A stretch of DNA of 64,000 bases from the human T2T-CHM13v2.0 reference genome, Homo sapiens, in assembly GCF_009914755.1 (NCBI RefSeq), contig NC_060930.1. The stretch is one strand, 5' to 3'. Shown here piece after piece: positions 1-14,699 of this stretch. Every line of letters begins with the position of its first letter. Within the stretch, counting starts at the first letter, position 1. Under the pieces are notes generated by a model. It saw nothing but the letters and a program-made list of their open reading frames with translations, was not told the DNA's origin and ran no database searches. Both the position numbers and the translations under genes were made by a program.

Positions 1-193
1 GAGCCTGAGGATGCTGAGCTCCCAACACGACATGGCTGTGAGCAGCAGCCTTATCCCTTTATCCCAGGGGACCATGAAAAATGATCATTTTCTGTGTGTT
101 CCATAAAGCACAAGAGGTCGGGAAGCAAATAAAGATCAGATTGCACCACCCTCTTGCTGAAAACCCTTCAGAGGCCCTGTTGTGCCTACAGAA

Positions 194-452
194 GTGTTTG
201 CCAAACTGAGTTCCAGGGAACTCCAGGGAACACTTTTGGCAAAATGTTAATAGCTTCTCTTTGGAAAAAGGGTTCAGTGCTCAAATAGGTCAGGGAAACA
301 CTGCCTACCCCTCATCTTCTTGGAGAGTCTCTGCACATGAGCGTATTAAAGTGTTGGTGGAGAAATCTGTTTAATTTTAATTCAACACAGCATTTCACAA
401 ACCTGCTGGACTGTGGGATCTGTCTTTTGGGAACACAATTTGGGAAACACTA
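194..452. mobile_element. hAT-Charlie (MER5/MER112-like) DNA transposon fossil
   Basis: Terminal inverted repeats agtgtttgccaaactg / caatttgggaaacact. Confidence 0.55.
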
Positions 453-461
453 GCCTACTGT

Positions 462-751
462 AGAAGTTGGCAAACTTTTTCTGTAAAGGGCCAGATAGTC
501 AATATTTTAGACCTGGTCCTTATGGTCTCTGCTCAGCCTCCTCCGTTTTGTATTGTAGCATGGAAGCAGCCATCCACCAATTTATGGCCACTGAAACTTG
601 AATTTCATGTAATTTTCACTTGTCACAAAATATTGTTCTTTCTTTGATTTTTTTTCTAACCATTTAAAAATACAAAAACCGTTCTTAGTTTGCAGGCTAT
701 ACGAAAATGAGATAGGGCAGATTTGGTGGGGTTTGTAGTTTGCTGAGCTCT
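462..751 (+). mobile_element. MER58B-like hAT element
   Basis: ggcaaactttttctgtaaagggccagatagt start and gtagtttgctgagctctg end, as in MER58. Confidence 0.75.
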
Positions 752-933
752 GGTGGGGGTGGCGGGGGATGACATCCCAGCACCTCCAAGTGCACAGCTG
801 TGTTGTGATCCAGCCCCAGCGTAACATTCCAGGCCCTGCTCACGCCTGTCCTGGGCCTGCCCCCTCACGGTGGGTGCACCGGCAGGGTGGAACCCCTTGT
901 TGTTCACCACACCCACCCTGCTGTTTCAAGCCT

Positions 934-1110
934 CAGGGAGAACCTATGTAATTTGCTGGGCCCAATGCTGAATGGAAATGTGGGGCCCTTTGTTCAAAAA
1001 TTATTAAGAGTTTCAAGATAGCCACAGCAGAGCCTTAAAACAAGTATAGGCCCTTCTAAAACTGGGGCCCTGCCTGACTGTACTGGCAATACACACTTGA
1101 AGCTGGCTTT
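934..1110 (-). mobile_element. MER45A-like hAT-Tip100 element
   Basis: ggggccctttgttcaaaaattattaagagtttcaag matches the reverse of the recalled MER45A consensus. Confidence 0.7.
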
Positions 1111-1159
1111 CACTCCAGACTTTTGTTCTCTTTTCTTCAAGCTGTTTACGTCTTATTAA

Positions 1160-3205
1160 CCATTCAAAATGCTTCTCAGCCCCCACCTCCTCTGTGAAGC
1201 TTTCTCTGACCAACTCCCAACCCCTCAAGCTTTCTCCACTCTCTCTGCCCCCTCCTTACCTGGCTGGGGTCACACTGGGCTTCATTTATCTCTTTACACA
1301 TCTGCCCCCTTTGTCTCCCCTGCTAGATAGAGCAACGTCATTAAGAAAAGTGTTTTTCTCTGTTTGTTGCCCAAGAGCCTATTACAGGGTGTGGTATATA
1401 ACAGGTATCAAATAAATATTTGTGAACCTGAACTGGTCCTGTGTGGTAAGGCTGCTGGGAGCTGTCTCCTTTTGAAGTTTACCCACGATCCATTACAAAA
1501 TTCATATAATGTGCTGCAACTGTCTACCGAGAAGATACAGACCATAGTTACACATGCTCAGTTTCATCGAGGACATTCATCAGGAATGAGAGTGAGCCCC
1601 CCAGGGCAGCTCTTCGTTGTAGTAATACCTGACAAGCTTACTCCAGTAGATTTGAAGATAGACAGGTATAGCTCCTTGACCTATAGGTATGGTTGGGTTT
1701 CCCTTCTAGAAGCTCCATGATGGCTGGGACTTGTTCACCATGGCTTCACCCGTGCAGTAAACAGCACCTGGCACATAGTCGTGGGTGCTTAATAAATATT
1801 CAGGGAGTGAATGAATGAGAGAAACGAATGCTAAAAGATAACGGTAGGCTAAAAATACTTTGTAATCGGAAACAGAATGTGTGCTTCATAATTCAGTAGT
1901 AAAGTCATTTAAGGTGGTGTGGTGATATGGAGAGAGCCCTAGCCCAGAAGTCAGGATTCTTGGGTTCCAATAATCATGACAATAACTTCTAGGTTTTGAG
2001 CGTGCTAGCACCATGTAAGTCACTTTACTAGGCCACATCATTTAAAATCTCACCACATCCCCAAGAGGTGGGGACCATGGAAGGTGGTGTGAATTGAGCA
2101 TCCACATCACAGAGTGGGTGCCCCGGGGGGCCTGCACTCGAACCCAAGTCTGAGCCAAAGCCTGTGTTCTTCCCACCCTGTGGTCCTGGCTCTCCCTGTG
2201 ACCTTAGACAGGACATTTAATCTTTGGGTTCTCAATTTTCTCATCTTAAAAAAAAAAAAAAGAAGCCTAGAATCTCTAAGGTTCCTTTCAGTTTTAAAAT
2301 TTAGCGTTTTGAAAGCAGGGAGTTTGGTCAGAGGGGTAGAATAGGTGGTTTTGTTATTATTAGTTTTTATTGGTTTGTTGGTTTCTTAGTAAGTACAGAA
2401 AAGGAAAGGAAACCTTGAGTCATTTTGAAAAATCTTGCAAAACAGTAAGTATTTTTCTACATGCAGCTCATCCCCACCCCCGCACACTGTATTATGGGAG
2501 ATTTACTCTCTTCCCCTTTAACAAAATGTTTTCTCACAGACTACAGCCTTGTAGCAGCATGGACAATAAGCTATTCCTAATACCAATTTGCTGATAAGGG
2601 AAATGTTATATTATTATATGTCTAAGAATCTGCAGTCATGAGCAAAAAGGATATCTTCTTGCAACTCTGTCTTATACCTCTTTAGAGGTATGTTTCAATG
2701 CCCTCTCCTTTCCATTGCAGAGTAGTGTGGTCTACTAGGCTGGGCCTCCACAATCCACCCCTCACCCCTCTAATCACCTCTCCTCCTCTTTGCCTCCTTG
2801 CACACTGCATTCCTGCTATTCCTTGAGCACCCCAGGCACAGTGGGTGCTGAAGAGTCCCCCACTTCAGCCTACCTTAGAGCCTCCATACCAGCTGGTCTC
2901 TGTGCTGAAAATACTGGCCCTGGTGGCTGGATGCCTCACTCCATAAAGGGTTTGTCCTCCCTACCCTGCTGTACCCACCCTATTCCCAATCCCCTTGAGC
3001 CTTCCCTACTTTTATACTTTGCTTTTTTTCCATAGCACTTATTATCTTATAACATGTCGTATACCTTATTTATTATGGTTATTGCTTATTTTCTGTTGAT
3101 TAGGTTGTAAGCCCTGTGAGATCAGAGATCTATTTTGATGCACACCAAGTACCTAGGACAGTGTTTGACATGGGGGAGCCACTCAGTAAATATTTTTTGA
3201 ATGAA
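1160..3205. mobile_element. Cluster of old L2 3' ends and MIR fragments (approx. 1160-1425, 1720-1830, 1915-1975, 2195-2300, 2780-3205)
   Basis: L2 tails cagcacctggcacatag...aataaatatt...gaatgaatga and tcagtaaatattttttgaatgaa; MIR core ctgtgaccttagacagg. Confidence 0.6.
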
Positions 3206-3554
3206 AAATTATGTGATCAAATTCAGGAGGAAGAGCTGCTGTTATGGGACACGGAAGTACTTATGTGGACTAGGTAGTTTATGAGCCTGAAGTTGCGTGT
3301 TTGCCTTCAAGTAGACTCTAAGCTGGTAGAGATAAGATTCTATACATTTTTACCTGCAGAATTGATGGTGCCAGACTTAAGATACTGGTCTTGTGTATGC
3401 TCAGAAAGGCTTTGGCCATAAAATTCCAGACTTAATTATAAGCAATGTATAACTTTTAAATCATATAAATTCTTAGATTGAAAAATAACATTGAAAGGTA
3501 GTGATTCCTAAAATAAGAATACTTCAACAAAATATTTTCTTGGTTATATTGCAG

Positions 3555-3762
3555 CAAAGAAGACAGTGGAATCCAAAGAAACAGTTATGATGGGGGACTC
3601 TATGGTGAAAATAAATGGGATTTATTTAACAAAATCAAATGCTATTTGCCACTTAAAGAGTCACCCACTTCAGCTAACTGATGATGGAGGCTTCAGTGAA
3701 ATAAAGGAGCAAGAAATGTTCAAAGGAACAACATCTTTACCATCTCATCTCAAGAATGGAGG
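3555..3762 (+). CDS. ARMC2: ARMC2 internal coding exon (208 nt, phase 1/2): (S)KKTVESKETVMMGDSMVKINGIYLTKSNAICHLKSHPLQLTDDGGFSEIKEQEMFKGTTSLPSHLKNG(G)
   Basis: Acceptor ttatattgcag|CA, donor GG|gtcagt; overlaps ORF 3566..3841; peptide matches recalled human ARMC2 and joins in frame to the next exon. Confidence 0.93.
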
Positions 3763-6290
3763 GTCAGTATTCTTTTTATTTAATTTTCTGGTCAGGATAA
3801 TGGTATCATTTACCAGTTTCTTCTCTATTTTATATAGATGATTGGTTTGCTTTTTCTCTTTTATGTAAGCAAATTTTATGTTAAGGGTACATGAATAGGA
3901 GAGACTACTTCTCATGGCCAAATGGAGTTGATTTTTGTATCATTCCTTATATAATACTCAAGAACACTTTTATTCATGACTGTCAAAGTGCTGCTTCTGT
4001 AGGACTATCAGAATAAGATTTAGTTGGACTATTCCAGCCATCCCTTGAGTGATGACTGATCATTCCGTTTGTATGTTATTTGGGATTCTTGCATGGCCTG
4101 GAATCTCCTATTATCTCCCTTTGGGTTAGTTCACAGTCCTTAACTCCACAAGAGTGGACACTTATTTTATTCTTCAGTAGATCTTGGATTAAATATTTAT
4201 TTTGCAAACTAATGGCTAAAACAGAAGAGTCCTGTAGATTTCAGTTATCTGTGAGATCCCTCCATTGGCCCCTCATAAATGAATGATTGGGAATTGCTTT
4301 ATTTCATACCATGTTCCTAGATAGGGTTTCCTTGAGAATCAATCTTCCTACCATATTAAGGATCTGTGGAGAAATGCTTGCTGTTTGGACTGTGAATTCT
4401 TACCCTGGTATTTTACTGAAGAAACCTTGAGTATTTGGTGGCTGGAATGGGGGAAACAGTGGAGAGAACAGGCTCTGTTTTCCAGTCCCAGCCAGTAATG
4501 ATGCTAAGAGAGGCAGAATGTCTTGAACTGGACAAGGTCACTCAGTTTAAGATATTTTTTTCTAGGACTTTCCATTGGGTCATCATGGATAACTGCCCGG
4601 TTCAGATTTGCTTAACAAGATTAAATTCCATGGGCCATTTTAAGATCAAGTATTTCTTACACTCACGTTAGATTTCGGGTCTGACTTTGGCTTGGACACA
4701 TGTAGCATGCTTAAAACTTTTCCCCCAAGTGGCTGCTTGCCAGCTTGTTTAGCTGAACCGACCTTGTCTGCTGACACAGCCTGAAGAGTGTCACACATAC
4801 GGAATTTATATTAAGCAATCTAGTAGTCCTTGTAATGTCATTTCACATTCAGAACATTTTTTTAAATTAAAGGAAAAATGAAATGTCTCCTTAAGTGGAA
4901 GAGAACGACTTCAAATTGGGACTTTGGGAGTTGAGTAGAAAACATCAAACTGGCCATTGCAGACAAATCGTTTCCAGTTGGTGAATAAGAATAGGCTGTG
5001 GACCTCAGAGCTTAAACATAAAAGGCAGCAGGAAAACTTGTGTTTCTTTCAGTACTGAAGTAAAAAGGAAACATTTATCTTGCTGCATCCATCCTTACAG
5101 TAATGAAAGTTGACTAGAAAAACCAGACAAGAGCTATTTAATTTGTTTATTTGCAAACCTTCAGATGTGGCAGAATAATCTGGAAAGCCAGAGTTCATTA
5201 TGTCTTCCTCATTCTGGGACAGCAGGGGCATTTTCATTTATATATTTTATCCCACAAACAGCAAAAGACAAATCAGTTAGCACTTCTTCCTCACTGTCCA
5301 AAATTATGAGGCATTGGCAATAGCACTAATTGTTTTCTTTGTGTTTTGTTAGGACGGCTTTTGCATCATATAAGGATTGTGTCTAAGTTGGGTTTGCAAT
5401 GTACCCTGGCAAGGTTAACTTTCAGTAACATTTTTTGCTTTATGAATCTTTACCTCCTTTAATCGTTGGGTGGAATTTTATTGGAGTGGTGCCAAAAAAA
5501 AGTTTACGTAGTAGGATTAAAATAAACCAAAAAACAGAAACTCTTAGCAATTCTTTCATTAATGATGTTAATGAATCAGTCTGGGACACTTGATAATTGT
5601 TTCTTGTAAACATTTAAGTGACTAATTCCAAGAAATGATCTTTGCTATGCAGTGGAGTATTCCCAGTTTTGATGGTAGAGCCCTTCCCTCAATTAACATT
5701 TTTTCATCTTTAGACCATAAAGTGGCAATTGTCAGTGAGCTGGGCTGGCAGGAGCAGGGAGGGTTGAGAAGGAGTGTGTAAGTAGACCGTGGAAAGGGGA
5801 GAGAGTGGGTGAGGCCACACTCCCAGTGTGGGGGCCTTGCAGGCTTGTCCAGTGTGACAGCGGTCACCTGTGTGGTGTGTGTTTATCTGGCTGGGAGAGG
5901 AAGGAGCATTTTGTTTCCATGAAACTGCAATAATTGTATACCCTCATTTATAATATGGATAATTCAGATATTGATGGAATATCTGAATATGGATGGAATG
6001 GAGTTCAACTTTATGCTGGTTATGGTGGAAAAAGGATTTGCTAAACAAAGTATCATTGTAAACAATGCTTTAGAGGACTATTTAACTTTACAAAAGAGAA
6101 CACACTGTCAAGCACTTACGGAACTGTCATCCTCAAACCTTGTGTCAGTTATGATAGTCTCCATATGCCCATTTAGGGATTCATTTAAGGTCTGGCAGAC
6201 TTGCTCCTCAGGAATACTTCACCATCACTTGCTTTGTATTACTATATGGATTGAAAGTAATGCAGCTGCCATTAACAAAATGTGTGTATT

Positions 6291-7033
6291 CTCCATCCAT
6301 CCATCCACCCATTCACCCATCTACCTATCCAGCCATCGACATATCTACCCATACATCCACCCAGACACCCATTCATCCACCCATCCAACTGTCCATTCAT
6401 CCATCCATCCACATACCCATCCACCTGTCCATCTACCCATTCACCCATCTACTCATCCACTCATCTGCCCATCCACCCACCCATCCGTCTACCTACCCAC
6501 CCATCTGTCATCCACCCATCCATTCATCCATCCATCCATCCATCCGCTCATCTATATATCTACCCATCTATCCACCCATTCACCCATCCACCCACCTATC
6601 CACCTATCCATCTGTCTACCCATCCACCCATCCATATATCTTCCCATCCATCCACCCATTCACCCATCCATCCACCTGTCTACCCATCCATTCATCCATC
6701 CATCTATCCATCCATCTACCCATCCACCCATCCATATATCTACCCATCTGTCTACCCATGCAGCTAGCACCTACCCATCCACCTATCCACCCATCCATTC
6801 ATCCATCCATATACCCATCTACCCATTCATCCACCCATCCACCTATCCATGCACCCATTCACCCATCCCCCATCCATCCACCCATTTATCCATTCATCCA
6901 TCTATTCATTAACCTATCCACCCACCCATCTACCCATCTATCCATCCACCCACCCACCCACCCACCCACGCAGTCATCCATCTATCTATTCACCCACCTG
7001 TTCGTCCATCCATCCATCCATCCATCCATCCAT
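6291..7033. repeat. Degenerate (CCAT/TCCA)n satellite-like simple repeat, about 740 bp
   Basis: Continuous ccatccatccacccat variants; generates His/Pro/Ser-rich pseudo-ORFs in several frames. Confidence 0.95.
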
Positions 7034-8017
7034 GGAATCTCTTTCAAAGCAGATGAATCTCTTTACCTGCTTAAAAAATCTGTTAAGGCTTTCCATGTAA
7101 ACGTTCAAACTATCATGGTTTGGAAATGGGATCTTTAGGAGGAAAGCCCAAGAACAGCCAGTTGTTATGGAGAATCAGGGACTGTTCCTGAGGAGCCAGA
7201 ATCTCTGGATTTAGGTTTGGTTCTCTCTCAGCCACTTGATTTAGCTGTATTTGGCAAGTATCTTAACACTTTCAGGGGCTCAGTTTTCTAATGTATAAAA
7301 TGGAAATAACTCTGCTCTTTTACTCCCATCTCCTTCTAGCCCTCACTGTAGATTGTGGAATGATGACTAAGGCTTGAAAGCCTTACTAATAAACTATCGA
7401 GTGCTCTTAGTATTGTTGGAATCAAAAATAAGAAAAGAGGGCTTCTGGTTAAAGGCACAAAGGCATTCTCCAGTAATCCAATGAAAGCAGCAAAGAATGA
7501 AAAACAGAGAAGTAAATTTCATCAATGAAACAACAACAAAAAAATGGCTACGACCCTGAACTACACAACATGAAGCAAACTTTACACTGCAGTATAGGCT
7601 TGATTTTTGTTGGTCTGTCTAGCAAACAGGCCTTCTCACATTGTGTAATAAATGCTGCTCAGTCCGTATTTGGAGAAGGGTTAGCCCTGTCTTCCCTGTG
7701 TCCCTCCCAGGGGTGGTTATGTGGCCCAGGGCTGGCTAATCAGAGTTTGCCAACCCCAGCTACAGCAGTTGATTCAGAGATGGGCACATGATCCAAGCCA
7801 GGCCAGTTGCATTCCTTCATGGGACTTTCACCAAGGCCTTTGGGGAAAGTGCTCTTTCTCCAGGTTCACAAACTATAAAGATGATGTGGTCTTGGAGCTG
7901 ACAGTGGCCTTTTCACAGCCTTATGGAGAGAGATGCTGAGAGGGAAGTGGTACATAAACAAAAAGAGCAAGGAACGAAGATAATGATCAAGTTCGAGGAT
8001 GACATATAAACCTCTAG

Positions 8018-8568
<551 letters not shown>

Positions 8569-8569
8569 T

Positions 8570-8755
8570 TGCTTTCTTTTCTTTTTCTTTTTTTTTTCTT
8601 TCTTTCTTTCTTTGTTTCTTTCTTTCCTTTCTTTTCTTTCTTTCTGTCTTTCTCTTTCTTTTTCTTTTCTTTCTTCTTTCTTTTCTTCTCTCCCTCCCCT
8701 CCCCTCCCCTCCCCTTCCTTCCTTCCTTCCTTCACTCCTTCCTTCCTTCCTTCCA
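8570..8755. repeat. (CTTT/CTTC)n polypyrimidine tract
   Basis: Near-pure C/T for about 185 bp. Confidence 0.9.
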
Positions 8756-9569
8756 ACAGGGACGGTTTATGGTACTTTAGATTAGGTTTTGTTACTTGGA
8801 ACATTGCATTCATAAGAATCTAGTTAACCTTCCAGGCCCTAAGAAATCTAGATTATAACAAGGGGTAATTTGAAAGTGGACACATACCTTCTCAGACCTT
8901 GAGCAAGAAACAGATTTCACTAAAAGTGAGTCTTTTAATTCAGAAAGATGTACTCAATATTTAATTAAAGATATGAGATCTAACGATGTAGGCAGGCTGC
9001 GGGAGCAGGGAGTATGCCCTGTGTAAGGACTCCATTCAAGATCCAGATCAAGAAGTGAGGGGGAAGATGGAGCTGAGGATGACACACACTCCTGGTTACA
9101 TGTGAGCCAGCTAGTTTGTGTATGTGTGTGTTTTGGGGGAGGGGCTTGATACATTAGAATTTAAGGAACCCAGCATGTGAAAGGGCTTTTGTGTGCATCA
9201 CAGCGACCTGCTCCACACAAACCAAGGGAACATATACTCCCAGGTCAGCAAAGGTAATGGATTTGGTGATTGCAAGTTTAAGAAAACAGACTAAAATTTA
9301 AGCTACAGAATACCTCCGTTCGCTCTCTCTATGGATCCTTATTCAGCGTTAATAAATAAATGGCTCTGTTTAAAGATAAATACTATTAAGATAGGAACCA
9401 ACGTGGGACTTGAGCTTAGATATATAAGGAACATAGCAAAAAAAAGATGAAGGAAGTGGATCACAGAAGGTATTACCTTCCAAAAACATGGAAAGAGTTC
9501 AAACAATTTTCCATAGTCTCAGAGAAATTATAGATAATGTGATCATTCTCTTAAAAAAAAAAAAGAAAG

Positions 9570-9869
9570 GGTTCAGGCATGGTGGCTCACGCCTGTAATC
9601 CCAACACTTTGGGAGGCCGAGGCGGGCAGATCATGAGGTCAGGAGATCAAGACCATCCTGGCTAACATGGTGAAACCCTGTCTCTACTAAAAATACAAAA
9701 AAAAATTAGCTGGGCATAGTGACAGGCACCTGTAGTCCCAGCTACTCGGGAGGTTGAGGCAGGAGAATGGCGTGAACCCGGGAGGCAGAGCTTTCAGTGA
9801 GCCGAGATCATGCCACTGCACTCCAGCCTAGGCGATGGAGTGAGACTCCCTCTCAAAAAAAAAAAAAAA
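9570..9869 (+). mobile_element. Alu (AluY-like)
   Basis: gagatcaagaccatcctggctaac, gagaatggcgtgaacccgggag, A tail. Confidence 0.9.
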
Positions 9870-9899
9870 GGAAAAAAGCACTGTTCTTTGGGTTATAAG

Positions 9900-11460
9900 A
9901 ATTTAAATGAGAGATTCTAAGCCCATATAAGGAGATGAAAAATAAGCTTACAGTACGCAAAAAAGAAATGAAAGAAAAATGTATCAAGAGGAAAGCTACA
10001 TTAGGAATAAAAAATTAGAATAAAACAGGTGAAAATACAGTAGGACATGGTGGACAGGCTAGAAGAAATCTTACAAAAAGAAATGAATAATAAAGCTATG
10101 AAAATGATTATTGAGATAGATATGGAAGAATGAAACTTGTTTTCCTGAAGAAGATAATTATCTTCCTTCACTTCCTCTGCTAACGCTGTCTTACTGTGAA
10201 TTGTCAGACACTTTTCTAAGTCCTTTGCGTATATTAAGTCATTTAATATTCACAACAACTCATGAAGAATGGAAGAGATCAGAGCAGAAAGAAGAAAAAT
10301 ATTAAGACATAACAGAAGAAAACTTTCTGAAACAAATACTTAAATCTGAAGCTCAAATGGACACATGGTATTCCAAGAAAAATTTGATATGGAATAATCC
10401 ATACTAAGACATTTCCACCAGTGCTCAGCACTAGAACACTACCCAGTACATAGTACGCACTCAGTGAATAATTGTTGATTGGGCGGGCAAATGGAAGAAA
10501 GTTTCATATGGCTCTCCCGGCTGAATGAACAAGTCACATAAAAGGAGAAGAAGACAGGCTGGCTTCTGGTTTTCTTAAAGAATCACTCAGTGCCAGAAGG
10601 CAGTAATGTCTATGAAGTCCTAAGTGTAATAAGGGGTAACTGAAGAATTGTATTGCCAGTCCAGTTGTACAGAAGCAACAGATAGACACTTTCAATATGA
10701 ATGAACTGAGGGAATATACTACTCATGCACTTTCCAGAAAACCTGTAGACAACAAAATGATGAGTCAAAATTCAAAACCTAGAAATGAAGAAGCTATGGT
10801 AAAAGCATTCATGGTGAGTACAGTAATGATTTTGTTTTCGTATTGGATTAAAACTAAACAACTCTGCTTATGGAACAGAAACCTTGACAATGTGGTAGTA
10901 ATATAAATAACCAAAACCAGTACTTGGGAGGAAGTGTGAGTACTGATTTCTTTACTTTCATAATGGGGAATAGATTTGTCAGTAGCTAAAGTCTGAAATT
11001 GCAATATATAGTTGAAAAAATAATGATTTCAGCATCCTAATGTTTTTCATTACTTTTTTCTTAACTTTAGAGAGATCTTTTAGAAACTATTCTCTCTTTG
11101 TGAAGACCCATTCATCTGAAGTTCTACAATTCCTTCAGTTTCACCTCAATTTCTGTTTCTTTGTTAAGTTCAAGCAAAGTTTATACTTAATGCTTTTTCA
11201 CTACAATAACATGTATGGTATGATTCCATTTATATGTATCCATTTACCTGCCCTCCCTCCTGCCCTTCTGTTCTTTCATTCTTCTATCTTTTCCTCTGAA
11301 CATCTGCAGAAATATGTCTGGAATGATGTTGACCACATATTATGATGTTTATTTCTGGGTGGTGGGATCCTGGATAATTTTTTTAAAATCTTCTTTGTAC
11401 TTTATTATATTGCCTGGCTTTTAAAAAATAATAAATATATCATTTTTTCAAAAACAATGA
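9900..11460 (+). mobile_element. Fragmented old L1M (L1ME-like) with embedded MIR and L2 pieces
   Basis: A-rich L1 ORF1-like text (agaagaaaactttctgaa...aaatggacacatgg); MIR at about 10195-10265; L2 tail at about 10415-10480. Confidence 0.45.
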
Positions 11461-11661
11461 AGTCATTATTCTTTTAAGATTTTAAGAGCAATGTGGCTGA
11501 GAAACTTTCCATTTGGAAAAGACAAAGACATTGGCCTGATTTTGTAGAGACCCTCCTTTCTGTCCGATAAGCGTTTCCTGGTAAGCAATGCCCTGTGCTG
11601 AGGGGTTGAGAGATAGAAGAGTGGACCCTGTCCATGAAGAGCTTACCAGCGTGTCAGGCCT

Positions 11662-11812
11662 TGCTTCTCAAGTATGGTCCCTGGACCAGCAGCATCAGCA
11701 TCCCCTGGGAGCCTGTTAGAAATGTAAGTCCCCAGACTTACCAAATTAGAATCTGCATTTTTATAAGATCTCCAAGTGCTTTGAATGCACACACAAGGTC
11801 TAGAAGCACTGT
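11662..11812 (+). mobile_element. MER5A hAT element
   Basis: cttctcaagtatggtccctggaccagcagcatcagcatc...agaagcactg. Confidence 0.8.
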
Positions 11813-12840
11813 TCAAAGATGAACTCAAATGCTGGAGGAAAGAAAGGGGAACTGAAAGAAGGTATACTGAAAATTTAGAGGTCAGAGCAGCTAATTCTGA
11901 CTTGAGGATCAAGGGAAAATTCCTAGAGTAGTTGGGATTTGGGGGTGCATTTTGAAGGTTGATTTTCGTGAGGGATGGAGCACTGTGTTCTTGGCTAAAG
12001 GAGGAGCATAAGCCAGAAGTGGGATTTGACGTGGCAGTGGCAGGAGGCATCCTGAGGCTGCAAGCCATAGCGCTGAGCAGCATGTCTGGAAGGGAAGTTA
12101 GGGACACATGACAGATGGCCTTCAATGCTACTCCCAGGTATGTGGGTCCATTGTTTAAATAAAGGTGCACCACTGAGAGGTGACTTTCGCTGTCAGTTAT
12201 GTGAAGGACGAATGGGGAGAGGAGAGCCTGGGACAAAGGAAGCCATTGGGAAGCTGTTGTAGCAGTTCTGGCGTAAGGTGTGAAGGGAGCACGGCACCAG
12301 GGCATTCAGAATGGAAAGCAGAGATGGAACCCTGCATGGCACTGGTTAACACAGTAGCATGCTGCAGAAGAGGCCAGTCACAGCCACTGCTCCCTGTACT
12401 GAACGAAATCCTCACAGGTACAGCACTGACAAGTTACAAGGGCTTTTCACATGCAGTACCTTGAAACTGTGGGGCTTTGAATGTTAAGGGGAGTATGAAA
12501 CCATGAGCCTTTAAGCTAAGGGAATTTAAGGTTAACTAAGTTAAGCTAACATGGATAGCTACAAAGCAATATATCTAATCGTGTATATATATATAGAACT
12601 TTAATAATAACCAGTTAGTGATTATTAAAAAAGGTGCCAAGGGGTGTGTGTGTGTGTGTGTGTGTGTATGTATTTTAGTCTTGTGCCCAAGCCAACACTA
12701 TTAAGTACCTTGGAGGACTTTCTTAAAATTTTGATCTTACAGACATCCCTTTAAAACCATGTCCTTTAATTTCAAGTGTTTGTGTATAGCTGTTTAAGTA
12801 GAATGCTTTAAGTTTAGTAATTAAGAAAAAGTGATAATCT

Positions 12841-13148
<308 letters not shown>

Positions 13149-13252
13149 CTAGTGCTTTAGGCTATGAAACATGCTGAGGGGACCCTCCCTCCATTGTCCA
13201 CCCCTCTGTTGGCATTACCAAATTGCAGTCGAAGTATGGAAGAGACTATAAA

Positions 13253-13442
13253 GCAGGATCAGCAAACTAAGGCCCATGAGCTAAATCCAGCCCATTGCCT
13301 GTTTTTGTAAATAAACTGTATTGGAACACAGCCACACTCATCTTTTACCTATTGTCCATGGCCATCTTCACACTGCAGCAAGAATTGAGTACTTATGACA
13401 GAAACTGTGTGGCCACAAAGCCTAAAACATTTACTACCTGCC
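13253..13442 (-). mobile_element. MER58A-like element
   Basis: cagcaaactaaggccc...tgtttttgtaaataaactgtattggaacacagccac...ggccacaaagcctaaaacattta. Confidence 0.75.
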
Positions 13443-13675
13443 TTGATCCTACACAACTTGAATCTAGTTTGAAAAACGAAGTGTCTTTTTCTTATGGCAA
13501 GGATAAGTTTAGTTCAAAAGTTGCTAAATTTTCTCTTATCCATAAGCATCCTTTACAATTTCCTTACGTCATTTTTTCCAAAATGGAAATAAATTTATTG
13601 ACTTTTTAAACATTCCAAATCCTTCTGTTTAATCTACTTCTTAATATTTGTTTAGTTATTCCTCCAAAGTAGGAA

Positions 13676-14232
<557 letters not shown>

Positions 14233-14299
14233 ACTAAAGAACCTTAGTCATAATAATTAGAAGAACTGTCAGAATTATAGCAAAGTCTGAATTTTATAG

Positions 14300-14627
14300 T
14301 TTTTTGTTTGTTTGTTTGTTTTGTTTTTTTTTTTTGAGACAGAGCCTCACTCTGTTGCCCAGGCTAGAGTGCAGTGGTGTGTGGTGTGATCTTGGCTCAC
14401 TGCAACCTCCGCCTCCCAGGTTCAAGCAATTCTCTTGCCTCAACCTCCCGAGTAGCTGGGATTATAGGTACACGCCACCACCCCCAGCTAATTTTTGTAT
14501 TTTTAGTAGAGATGTGGTTTTGCCATGTTGGCCAGGCTGGCTGGTCTTGAACTCCTGACCTCAAGTGATCTGCCTTCCTAAGCCTCCCAAAGTGCTGTGG
14601 TTACAGATGTGAGCCACCATGCCTGGC
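14300..14627 (-). mobile_element. AluS
   Basis: Antisense Alu with TSD aattttatagt. Confidence 0.9.
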
Positions 14628-14699
14628 TAATTTTATAGTATTTTTAAAGAAATATACTTGTATTTCTTTGGGGTGCATGTGGTCCAAAAGTAGATATTG

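Noticed and set aside
5971-7138. 313-aa and 295-aa His/Pro/Ser-rich ORFs
   Set aside because: Produced by the stop-free (CCAT)n repeat in several frames; no coding or splice evidence
11643-12305. 220-aa minus-strand ORF
   Set aside because: Spans MER5A and L2-like decayed repeat sequence; no recognisable domain; chance ORF
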